Virus record (IMG/VR): IMGVR_UViG_3300007346_000222
Span: 1 to 24,656 of that record
Origin: a virus
Taxonomy: Duplodnaviria; Caudoviricetes
Length of the DNA stretch: 24,656 bases
Direction: 5' to 3' (one strand)
The stretch's first letter is position 1; each line of letters opens with the position of its first letter. Below, piece by piece: positions 18,201 to 24,656 of this stretch. A model generated the notes under the pieces. That model did not search any database, was not told the DNA's origin, and worked only from the letters and a program-made list of their open reading frames with translations. The translations under genes and the position numbers were made by a program.

Positions 18201-21200
18201 GCTGTCTGTTCTCAATTGTTCATCAGGTATGTAGCCCCCAGTTGATGTAGCATCGACTGTTCCATGCTGTGCAAATGCAGCGACGTTGTTACCATAGATG
18301 TGTTCAAAACGAGTATCTTGTTGGTCACGGCCAAAGCCCCAGTTACCTGCGTCGGGTGCCCAGCCGGGTATACCTGCCTGTGTCAATCCGCCGAAATTGA
18401 TGCGAGCACGTGCATGTGTACCAATACGCAATCCGTCGATGAGTTGAGAAGCAGGGCTTTTTGCCTCAAACGATTCGTCAATGATTGTGTTGGAGTTGCG
18501 ACCTGATGCGATTTCACTGGTCGAAGAAGCCATGTTGCTCGATGTACCTGTTGTCTCAGGCCCGAACTCAAGGTTGTTTCTGAATGGTTCATCCACCTCA
18601 TCGGGCGGAAGATATTCTTTGAGCGTGGTGACTGGTGCAAATGGGCGACCAAAGCGATTGATTGGCATTGGCGCAGGGTGCATGTTTTCGCCTGTCATTT
18701 CGTCAGGCTGACACCAATAGTTACGGAATCGACCACCATGACCAATCAAGAACTGTGGTCGGTAGGACAACTGACCACGTGCGTTGTCAAGCCATACACA
18801 GAAATTACGACCTGACGCACCGGGTATCGTGCTGTGAATGATGATACTGAATCCCGATTTACCACCTGAATCCGATACAACTCGGCCGAGGTGAGCACGC
18901 ATATAACCCATGTGTGTACCACGGTCATGCGAAGCAAACGCTCGTTCTTTGTCCCAAAACGGAGAGGGGTCATGCGTGCTTCCGGTAGCAGCAAAGCCTG
19001 CGTTAAGATGGGCAGCAGTGGGGTCGGTAATGCCGTTTGTCACGTCAGCCTGATTTGCTACGCGTGACAGGCCGAATCGCTCGCTCTCGCCAAAGTATTG
19101 GTCGGCTGGCTTTCGTGCATGTGTCCGTCCGTTTGGTGCACCTGCTTGATTTATCAGACGAACAATCTCACGAGCAGCAGCCTCAATGTTGCGAATACCA
19201 TCCTTCATTCCAATCTCACCAAAATCAATGGTAAGACGTCGAACAAAGTCCATATCAGACCAGTGAGGCAAATGCTGTAAGCGAGATTCTTCATGCGTTG
19301 ACAAATCAAGCGATGTTGTACGAATACCCTTGAGTGCTAAGAATACTGGAATGCATCGTGTCCCATCAGGTGTGTCAAAGAACGTCGAGTTTTCAGTGGT
19401 CGATACGTTGATTTGTTGATGTTCATCGTTAGCCAAGTCATCCTTTGTTGACGATACAGCAGGGTTTGTACGTACTTGTATTCCTACGAGGTCAGGGTCA
19501 CTCGGTGTGTGCCCGTGGTAACCAGTAGCGTGCGTACTCAAGTCCACGTTCAAGTTCCACGTTGACTTGTGTGCCATCGCTGCTTCCATAAACTCAGACT
19601 GAGTGGTTGACGCAAGTGATTTGTTTTGTGAGGGGAAGCCGTTGGCAACGTCAAGTCCTGTACCTGCTCCAGTCGTTTGGTTGTTGATTGTACCTGTGGA
19701 CTGAGGTTCATCACCTATCGTTGCAGCCTGTGGGCTTGACTGTACTTGCATCCACAGGTCTTGGAATGCAATGAACTCACGGTCGTGTGCTACATCGTAT
19801 AGCAATACACGAGCATGCTCCTCAGTCGATTGGTAGGGGTCAATGTATGCTACAGTAGGTGCGTTCGCCGCATCCAGCCCTAACGCCTCATAGTTCAATT
19901 CAATCGTTTTGTTGACGTGCTGAACAAAGTTACGTGCGGTTTCAATACACGAATTGCCAATCAAGAAGTTCTCCATTGCTATGCTTTCACGTGGTGTTGT
20001 AGCGAAATCGCCTTCACCTTCTAAGAATCCACTCCATACCTCAGCCTCATTGAGTGTGCCCCGACTCTTGCAGAACAGTCCTTCGATTGCGTGAGGGTTT
20101 GTGTAGTGCATGTTCATCCAAACTGTGTCACCTGCTCGTAGTCCGCCGTTACAATATGGGTTTGCCCAAGCGGTATTGAGGAATGCGTCTTCCTTGACCT
20201 CAGGGTAAACACCGGAAGGTGCGTGCATATCCCATAAGATGATTTCATCACCAATCTGTGGAGTGAATCCTGAATCGATGTTGTTGAGTACCATCGCACC
20301 TGTTGTAGTGTTGATTGTATCGTAGTGAGCAAATTTGTACACTGTTCCGTTCCACCAAGCAATTCGGTATTTGTAATTCGATGCGTGGGCATTACTCTTT
20401 GGAAAGTCGCTTATGTCAGCCAATACCAACGTACTGAGAACGTAAGCCTGATTGCTAGTTGAGCGAGCACGCTTGTTTTTGATGCGCTTGAGATGCGGAT
20501 TTGCACGTGGACCTGCACGGAACTCGACGGCACTGACATATTGCTTCATACCATAATCCACGTTGCCTCCTTGTGTCATCACGTTTGCACGGTCATAGTA
20601 GTAAGGTCGACGAGCCTCAAACCCTGCACTGTCAACCAGTGGGTTATCAGCAATCGACGGATAATTCATGTCTTGGAAGCCCGAAGCAGGCATGATTGAT
20701 ACACCGACTGAGAGTTGTTGCAAGAAGTTCTTGCTGAACGCCCAGTTATCATCAGATGATACGTTACCTGCCACTTCAAGGTAGCCGCTTGTGTTGCGAG
20801 TGTCGTATAATACCCATTCACCTGATGGCAAGAATGCACGACGATAGCGCAGTGCACCATCAATTGATGCAACGGTAACAGGTGCAGCCGTAGCAATCGG
20901 GAAGACCTTGTAGTCTTGAACATAAATGCGTCGGTTGGTTGAATCGTATGGCTGACTTACAACAGTTCCTCGACGGTGTTTGTTTTCTTTGATTGATGTT
21001 GAAAATGCACTGTTGACCGTTGGGTCTTCGGGCGCAATAGACGGTGCGCGTCGTCCAACAGGATTAGGTGCCCATGTCGGTGCAGCATATGTTGGGTCAA
21101 GGTGCAACTTCATGCTGTTGTCAGGTCCGGGGAAGATACCCTCGTCCTCGTTTTCAAAGAAGAAGTCATCGAAGAGAGGTATCTCGACCATTGCACGCGT

Positions 21201-24200
21201 GCTTGCGTATTGCGTGCCAAGTTGATAGTCGTGCTGTACTGTGTCAAGCGTTTGAAACAATCGGTCGTTGATGGTTGTACCGTCGTTGCACATTGAGCCT
21301 TCGTTAAACTGGTCGTCGACCACGATGACTGAGCCTGCTTTCATCCCAGTCGCCGTTAGCCAAGCACTGAGAGAATCGCTTTCAGACCCATCAGTAAGTA
21401 AAAACTTACCACTACCAGTATGACCCGTTCCCGAAGAGAACGTGAACTGCGTTCCGTCTTTACTGGTGTATTCGGCTGAGGCATACTTCGTCGCACTATC
21501 ACCTGACTCCACAGGCACTGCAAAATATATTCGACCAACTTTTGGGAAGCAATACGTACCCCAAGATGCAAGGGCTGATGATTTGTTATTGAGAGGCACA
21601 ACCGTAACCTTCGTGCTGGTAGTTGCCGACACCCTGACTGAACAATCCCTGCGTGTCGACCAACCAAGTCGAGCCGTTGGCGAAGGGTTGTAGGTTGGCT
21701 TCGTGTTGATAGCACCCTGCCCTGCGCCCCCAAGCGTTACTGTGACGACTGGCGAACCGGGCATCGTCTCCTTGACGATGAATGAATCAGGTGCTCCGTC
21801 ACCCTTGACACTGATTGAATTAGCAGCCAAGTCAGCCCCAAGTCCGTGTGCTCGGAGGACTGAGGTACCTGCGTCACCGTCGGACATTGTAAGCGCACGA
21901 CCACGTCCCATGAGATAATGGATTTCAAACTGGTTGGCTCGTACGTTTGTGCCTTGTTCGTTTGTAAACAATTTTGACAATTGTGTAAATCGATTGCGGT
22001 CAGACGGCTGTACAACGAATTCGGTGTATATACCGTCTGTAGTGTGCGAAACGATGTCAAATACTTCGTGCACACCACTGCTTTGAGCAGTTGTCCCGAC
22101 TGCTTTACCCATCGGTTGGTAAAACAATTCTTCGTTGTCAACGACTGCTTGTGTGCTACCTGATGCTAATGTAATTGAGGTACTAGTTGAACTACCTACT
22201 GTACCAAGTTGAACACCATCAAGGCTGAAAAGACGTGTCCCTGCGCCGAAGAAATTGGTAGCGTTGGCACCATCGACAGTGATTGTCGTCGTCCCTGCTG
22301 CGTGACCACCGTTGTTATTGACGAAAACGCCTGTGCTTTTACGAACAGTACCTTGCTTACCTTGTACAAGATGGCCGTCTAAGTCGACATCGAACTTGTC
22401 GTTGCCATTGCTTGAGGGTATAATCACGATTCGGTTGAACACCGAATCACGGGCGCTGTTGCTTGCACGAGGAGAAAGTATGCGACGTGGATTAAGTTGG
22501 GGCGAATCGGAAGTGTGGACTGGAAGATAATTTTCAGGGCACATTGTAAAGTCGAGAACACGTTCTGTTTGGTGACCCTCTTCATCATCACCGTTCAATT
22601 CTCCTTCTTTGTAAAGCATCTGACTCGTAGTAACACAGCGAAGCACACCACCTGCTGCATGCACAACAGCGTTACCTGCTTTGATGTCCGTGTGAATCAA
22701 ATCGATGATACGTGTTCCCGAAGTAACTTCCTCTCCAACATCAGGATAAGTACTCTCCACAAGAAGTGCCCCGTGACTGAGATACGAATTGACGATTGCG
22801 TTTGTAGTAGCCGCTGACTGGAATGCACCTGTCGTGGCTGACGAAAACGTGAGTGTGTTTGCCGAGTGACTGATTGTTGCAGTGATTGAACTTGCACCCG
22901 CTACTTCTCCTCCTATACTAATGAGGTCAGCAGTGATTGTATCAGTATTAGCACCAAACTGTTTGACAGAAGCAAACGTGAGTACAGTGCCACCACCGCT
23001 GATACCTGCGGTCAGTCGTGCAGTAGCAGCATGTTTGATACCACGACCGGTAATGTCGACAGCGTTGTATTTGACCTGAACAAGCGCTGGGCGACCATAC
23101 TGCAACAAAGAAGGTATTTCCAACATGGCAGTTCGGCTTTCAGAAGATGGTGTCATGTGACGGATGTGCTCGTCGCTATCTGTAGTGAGCGAGGTAAGAG
23201 AAGTCGATGTGGCTGAACGAAGTAAGAAGTTTCTTACATCTTCGACACCTAACGCTAAAAGGTCACGATTGCTGTCTGTAATACCTGCCATGCCGTTTTC
23301 GACAACTTGCTTGACTTCCGTTGTAAATGATGTTGATGCGACTGTAAACGGTCCTGAAACATCATAGAACGAGACGATTGAGTTCGCAGGCGCTGCATCA
23401 CGTACGTTTGCATACTGTGGAGCAAAGGTGGCAGTCATAACTGATGCTGAGCCGTCGATGTTTTGCTCGACTTCTGAATCAATCGGGCGCGGTAGCATAC
23501 CAATGTAAGGATGGCTCTTGACATGATTGAGTATGTGTCGACCCGTGTGACCTGCCGTGAATGCAGCACCCATGTTCGTAGTCGCTGAATATTTCATGTA
23601 CGGGTCATCGGCGATTGCCATTCGTGTTGAAAATACGATACCATGGTTTTCAAAGTCACTTTCGTCAACGGCGACTTGTCCTTGCCTGTTTGAAAATTGT
23701 GTACCTGTACCTACGCCTTGGTTTGCAGTGCCGCTGTCAACAAGACAATCACCTATGACAATGACTGCATCGCTTGCACTGTGCGCCATGAGTAAACCAC
23801 GTCGTCCGTTTGTTGTGTTTGAGACAAAGTCGAGGTGTATGCTTTCGACTGTTATCGTACCAGCACTTGCGTCAACATTCGTCAGACGTACACGTTCAGG
23901 TGCCTCACGGTTGGGTACACCAGTTGTCCGATTATAGCCGAGAGGGTTAATGAGTAAGTTAAAAGATACTTGGGGAATTGTAATTGTGCTTTCTGAGTTG
24001 GCTGCGTTCTTTGTCACGGTGTAATTGCCTGCGGAATAAGTAGCGGAAGTCAAGTCAATTGATGTGATGCCACTTTTACCTGTTAGTACATCAATGAGTG
24101 ACTGGGCTTCCGTTGCTCCAATTGTAATGGTCGAGTTGGCTGACGTTGATGCTGAAAGTGAAGGGAGTGCGAGAATAGTCGATATTGGCTCAATAGGTTC

Positions 24201-24656
24201 TTCAAATCGCCAAAGGCCAAGAGTCGAATCGGTTAATACTGGAGCATACGAATCAACGCTACTGTCATGAGCACCCCGTGCCCAATGTATGGCTTCTATC
24301 GTCCCACGGAATTCACCGCCCTGTCCACCAACAAACACCTGTGTTGGGTACATGACCAGTTCATGGTCAGATGTCAGTGTTTTCGCAGCAACAATGTCGC
24401 CGTTGATTCGCAAAGACAGGTGACGTTTGTTGAACATAACCGACACCTGTAGCAACTCTCGATGTCCATCATGTACAGCAGCGTTGTGAGGTTTGAGTCC
24501 GTCGAGTGCGTCATAAGCGTCGTGTACTACTAAAGCAGTTCGTGGGTAGGTGACACCATCGTAGTGCGATACCGTCCCGTCAGGCTTGGTTATGGCGGTT
24601 GCGCTGCTGAGTGTGAACGTGTTTTCGTTCCCTGTGTCTTTGCTTCGTAACTTTAC
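9195..24656 (-). CDS. Giant multi-domain virion/tail protein, 5'-truncated by the window (at least 5,153 aa), with a LamG/ConA-like domain near the window end
   Basis: I translated 24456-24656 and the frame stays open (VKLRSKDTGNENTFTLSS...HDGHRE), so the TTG at 24455 is probably not the true start. LSLRINGDIVA...VFVGGQGGEFRGTIEAIHW...LGLWRFEE is LamG-like. The protein is beta-rich and Gly/Thr/Ser/Asp-rich and lies upstream of the hub and fibre genes. Confidence 0.85.
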   Translation of the reverse strand, partial: VKLRSKDTGNENTFTLSSATAITKPDGTVSHYDGVTYPRTALVVHDAYDALDGLKPHNAAVHDGHRELLQVSVMFNKRHLSLRINGDIVAAKTLTSDHELVMYPTQVFVGGQGGEFRGTIEAIHWARGAHDSSVDSYAPVLTDSTLGLWRFEEPIEPISTILALPSLSASTSANSTITIGATEAQSLIDVLTGKSGITSIDLTSATYSAGNYTVTKNAANSESTITIPQVSFNLLINPLGYNRTTGVPNREAPERVRLTNVDASAGTITVESIHLDFVSNTTNGRRGLLMAHSASDAVIVIGDCLVDSGTANQGVGTGTQFSNRQGQVAVDESDFENHGIVFSTRMAIADDPYMKYSATTNMGAAFTAGHTGRHILNHVKSHPYIGMLPRPIDSEVEQNIDGSASVMTATFAPQYANVRDAAPANSIVSFYDVSGPFTVASTSFTTEVKQVVENGMAGITDSNRDLLALGVEDVRNFLLRSATSTSLTSLTTDSDEHIRHMTPSSESRTAMLEIPSLLQYGRPALVQVKYNAVDITGRGIKHAATARLTAGISGGGTVLTFASVKQFGANTDTITADLISIGGEVAGASSITATISHSANTLTFSSATTGAFQSAATTNAIVNSYLSHGALLVESTYPDVGEEVTSGTRIIDLIHTDIKAGNAVVHAAGGVLRCVTTSQMLYKEGELNGDDEEGHQTERVLDFTMCPENYLPVHTSDSPQLNPRRILSPRASNSARDSVFNRIVIIPSSNGNDKFDVDLDGHLVQGKQGTVRKSTGVFVNNNGGHAAGTTTITVDGANATNFFGAGTRLFSLDGVQLGTVGSSTSTSITLASGSTQAVVDNEELFYQPMGKAVGTTAQSSGVHEVFDIVSHTTDGIYTEFVVQPSDRNRFTQLSKLFTNEQGTNVRANQFEIHYLMGRGRALTMSDGDAGTSVLRAHGLGADLAANSISVKGDGAPDSFIVKETMPGSPVVTVTLGGAGQGAINTKPTYNPSPTARLGWSTRRDCSVRVSATTSTKVTVVPLNNKSSALASWGTYCFPKVGRIYFAVPVESGDSATKYASAEYTSKDGTQFTFSSGTGHTGSGKFLLTDGSESDSLSAWLTATGMKAGSVIVVDDQFNEGSMCNDGTTINDRLFQTLDTVQHDYQLGTQYASTRAMVEIPLFDDFFFENEDEGIFPGPDNSMKLHLDPTYAAPTWAPNPVGRRAPSIAPEDPTVNSAFSTSIKENKHRRGTVVSQPYDSTNRRIYVQDYKVFPIATAAPVTVASIDGALRYRRAFLPSGEWVLYDTRNTSGYLEVAGNVSSDDNWAFSKNFLQQLSVGVSIMPASGFQDMNYPSIADNPLVDSAGFEARRPYYYDRANVMTQGGNVDYGMKQYVSAVEFRAGPRANPHLKRIKNKRARSTSNQAYVLSTLVLADISDFPKSNAHASNYKYRIAWWNGTVYKFAHYDTINTTTGAMVLNNIDSGFTPQIGDEIILWDMHAPSGVYPEVKEDAFLNTAWANPYCNGGLRAGDTVWMNMHYTNPHAIEGLFCKSRGTLNEAEVWSGFLEGEGDFATTPRESIAMENFLIGNSCIETARNFVQHVNKTIELNYEALGLDAANAPTVAYIDPYQSTEEHARVLLYDVAHDREFIAFQDLWMQVQSSPQAATIGDEPQSTGTINNQTTGAGTGLDVANGFPSQNKSLASTTQSEFMEAAMAHKSTWNLNVDLSTHATGYHGHTPSDPDLVGIQVRTNPAVSSTKDDLANDEHQQINVSTTENSTFFDTPDGTRCIPVFLALKGIRTTSLDLSTHEESRLQHLPHWSDMDFVRRLTIDFGEIGMKDGIRNIEAAAREIVRLINQAGAPNGRTHARKPADQYFGESERFGLSRVANQADVTNGITDPTAAHLNAGFAATGSTHDPSPFWDKERAFASHDRGTHMGYMRAHLGRVVSDSGGKSGFSIIIHSTIPGASGRNFCVWLDNARGQLSYRPQFLIGHGGRFRNYWCQPDEMTGENMHPAPMPINRFGRPFAPVTTLKEYLPPDEVDEPFRNNLEFGPETTGTSSNMASSTSEIASGRNSNTIIDESFEAKSPASQLIDGLRIGTHARARINFGGLTQAGIPGWAPDAGNWGFGRDQQDTRFEHIYGNNVAAFAQHGTVDATSTGGYIPDEQLRTDSIGDGQLYGIRFIDHRGKNHTIRMVYRQHSQSFANDLTVLPSTLDDEVVIHFDDRDVGQGGFTIGKHMFGEGDVCGEFTAGTKKKFKGNLWNNYPSPATGISATVQVVTVSGADALKITFTAPYDTSSTLNHPDILGYLGFPEKGMIQLNDVNSSGVAGNNGEPLYYQSRSYHGKAGASGVHYLYNVEGNTSAYGSGETRIICPRMSFTSVLTDEVMAAAVEFALTMDDPNSADVNKTTFDCTHMLAPDGRTLGEWGVSPTAIRVKSHSASKRIIPLRKLFEVSREKDWGFQAGASVQATGTDHLGGLSTDEFDDGTRLDVGYIPKTVLHITTKYRGTNANTATPVLVDSANNVVDTIDWKQNLRGNTFYRTAGDRVIPCVNSPMINVHNTSSTGITLPTSQYLYLITTPASTDTDSWAEKITVWLGSEESGIVSSKPGSTSTTELEFVADSAQWSGTIANSDILVRQGSIEYSSEVGGIRRAGSHHGEPFLHFRGAHDSPDHWVPLYFGGGFSGVTLDVNDGTQNDYSEFYEHPYSGGPTGSAGLQNVGEIAGSYALLDANAMLAMFPGTPYLDQHEGRNSMPFFNQDAMLSFDLDAGNSTNSSSTGVTYTGGGTTVRCQRPSPIVLRFSHPHARYTAAGDATDHTTYMIFGPGQSVPHNFAAHEPQLSSIVTGGNGYSAVPTGKNLPNEIAHGAASRNGFSAHLPPTAEYQKGNVQGYNYVMNWEPSKGQPNSTLFAQTAGQGLFYDTQMTATNPPAHAHPMSYVFTNYAGVAMGASGLATTLARSCVWHMDGGYHPGGHFLDNHIERNPKHPVSTLRISTGSNAQQNPTVFRVSSLLGTAYLSTFGGDTNMTSNADYVVIDATRAQNAEELATIVSAGVNTFPGTDPLKAIGGTFLPSFQTAAKQDRYGWVELTMATGGYTAESGAAATLQANASIPTTLPQYGWLRITDGGSNVGFASYASYSSATFTLAKNLTTTTNIVDPTTKAAVTASTINGLGAGAVKIYVWTKAGTHRYNNTSEARDHMTQVHYSGYADAVDRTKPIGAVGWSGEAYSYLNSYNGTQIGSTKFPAGKGAWHPFLGFNPYGAAESCLSGSSPIGADSMPASVYEQSCEIGLASRHLIAITHESEMPLIAKADRDGILCAGDWLDLKRGGNITHAGTTQWDTAKVHNRDRYVGPATAGPHVEAMMLADVSSYPQTASYPAVGTETYWHSRVTSAAHIERADPCQSPTGDLFWDESKVTASQFHEDTATYGVTCQGITSPTQYSATGTGIYKFYKTQNPARNFNEEHVVWKRMDGGNLTMPASNARGLGMVPWVYRKDGGAYKKVGEKILGNNRFSFETTNGAMFPIIQAQELSHPQLAEQNQFATKIEDALLIPNEEIQFQSLQVVDDTGQEHRIAGGSPLGTVILDFRHLSNREIEGLSPALAGSGISPNLKIRLPDPDDIPGNIIIRPSFDRIQGYQNETMGSGGMQHPSQPQQAITNMFNNAQPGPRAWPTWENNGWEHLSQDGTDISTTKSKTRLGSPDSSVEGWSDHTNNNPLETAYEPHDRSLQFHVTRMGITMTHRDDVDELTFSNYDDVDNEIDVSTTPEPSTWLNASERSGGRWFLRVYDPTTNKGVLASYTGTDTDRFIGVVVSPDFISFVTGKIGLKVVPSYFMPAGSTRFFASRRLRDHSEYSGSSPDMPNIDWSSITTTPYTQLTAPKMTPMPIPRMGHHYVTPTMALLPGHYAHPAYQRMYDLHLACRSASNKPFEDAYLGDTEVVANTPGRDPLVWFSGPTAAFAPSDIHGGAFTLMTETKVKYDGYGIAASNGTAGTTNSQGGHSIVLEAAGTYTLDNHFPDPMEVGAYQIIIQPNVFSQQITGYHLNHSDATKAPSESGDKVIELTGQQVNTVIAIEHDTSGLGGITLVLAEATMADVRGCEIIINEVILDLEPDAGSQFTNIPTLGLYNPLGVDETASPAFTRRSLPYRPNMFIQTTPGMTTTVPWWAQLHKDGARNSAADEFKFLEWHTPDHYYQLNRPAFGSVGAQITLAGFSTIYPDIYGEHYRARSLNPSCVVISSDASAQTITVDSNELFPVEPYYGEVLEYIDAGGERRTATYTNRTGTLAHATLAAATTFEGVSTANLFFTNLTAGTILRLSGPYDNRKAGEVFKNSESSIATRTLAQTFAGTRDTNSLHTPDAFLCMWHPNLGRPYTYYSDDSSRSFYSAAGAADSPVNKASLNNIPEHFETIHYHDFFYAASKGPFALGMSWVAPPHDADNDAATTDFHDGSIYTGAQMDALVDGTGTLDHQGGTDGSDKYNFAGYWPSGSRGGAGSSRLDGFLEAVIGWGGKLFGIDCVGFRDDSGIEERTYAQMTSDSDYARNTCFGYRFSVRQPYNRPRWSPYVRGWIEGTQTNALLGYYHGPFVQQDNKTSGWDYVGADTYHASSNPDGQSDADFPATYTGILERLTQISAMLNQDQIGRQVRYSDGRRMTQPFGCPVRTVRNASTVRRMYPNDHAGLGIAELAQAHRFYLIDWWGNTRGEDVRRFPVRGFGIRPAWDPEDAYADTNVTHRPAANSLFGGDGTDRYSGNANNDNNASSNMGTADWFNPASAMRVGDRGDGRGVRWPTHFNESLLADVSETVEPTGLVVSQPTAEPTVGKGLIRPRNDVLQTDEVERGISNRLGLADEDGLLKPTAMVSEGVESVTANSLLAEPVGGDGVRAGLDVDTLGELNDGISREYVIMSTEAHSLHTDREVGQRTTLRGALDIGSQTLGHLNMTSLSWSGQPVKGVLRVSNAHAFWALGGTYVMDWSVREGVLSDFGWGATAAADSTNPYQDANHSPKVDRTNNTDSTIEFLLRPVMTLDKSHIQMFRHNPVVTGSTPQASPNFYAATGGCKYGFYVSDAPSARTGTPSSPPYKPVYAIKPASSVTTSTSDGPKILGVDVTGYTKTDVTQPVARIVMSENTLEHFRSDAPRRLAEDGESDFSVQPRHSQTLHPKGSSGDTSFNTGDHSGE

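Larger units (their letters stand above)
1..24656. mobile_element. Fragment of a tailed (Caudoviricetes-like) virus genome, probably an archaeal magrovirus-like virus
   Basis: Almost gap-free coding with coupled start/stop codons. A replication/chaperonin block converges on a tail block (hub, fibre, adhesin, giant LamG-containing protein). The chaperonin is group II and RBSs such as GAGGTGA fit archaea. Viral thermosomes are an established feature of MGII viruses. No cellular housekeeping operon is present. Confidence 0.85.

Noticed and set aside
9217-24452. Numerous 60-191 aa ORFs antisense to or out of frame within the giant gene (e.g. 9910-10485 +, 17048-17521 -)
   Set aside because: They are shadow ORFs from codon bias, with no RBS, no motifs and atypical composition.
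24453-24455. TTG start of the giant ORF given by the track
   Set aside because: The frame is open for 67 more codons to the window end and the TTG falls within the LamG-like region. The true start is probably outside the window.
9195-24656. Giant ORF as tape-measure protein, viral RNA polymerase or intein-containing polyprotein
   Set aside because: It is beta/Gly/Pro-rich rather than helical. I saw no NADFDGD-like polymerase motif, no LAGLIDADG motif and no clear intein splice-junction pattern.
1-24656. tRNA, rRNA or CRISPR array
   Set aside because: There is no non-coding space longer than about 45 nt, and I saw no regularly spaced repeats or cloverleaf signatures.

Overview
The window is a ~24.7 kb fragment of a tailed dsDNA virus genome, most plausibly an archaeal virus of the magrovirus type (Marine Group II/Poseidoniales hosts). 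That host call is inferred from a virus-encoded group II chaperonin, archaeal-type GGTGA/GAGGTGA ribosome-binding sites and about 50% GC. Two tightly packed operons converge at ~3692-3695. The + strand carries a DUF3987/MCM-like AAA+ ATPase, a small C4 zinc finger, a DEDDy exonuclease and a thermosome. The - strand is a tail module: a giant protein of at least 5,153 aa whose frame runs off the window end, an AT-rich gene with ADP-ribosyltransferase-like motifs behind a short 'MDEAWLILKA' leader, a baseplate hub-like protein, a collar-like adaptor, a mosaic tail fibre, an AT-rich beta-propeller (probable adhesin) and a small Zn-ribbon protein. The top candidates for novelty are the putative virion-delivered ADP-ribosyltransferase with its leader peptide, the giant modular tail protein, and the apparent absence of GATC and AGCT across the whole window (manual scan). 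No tRNA, rRNA, CRISPR array, integrase or transposase was seen. All family calls come from motif recognition, not database searches.
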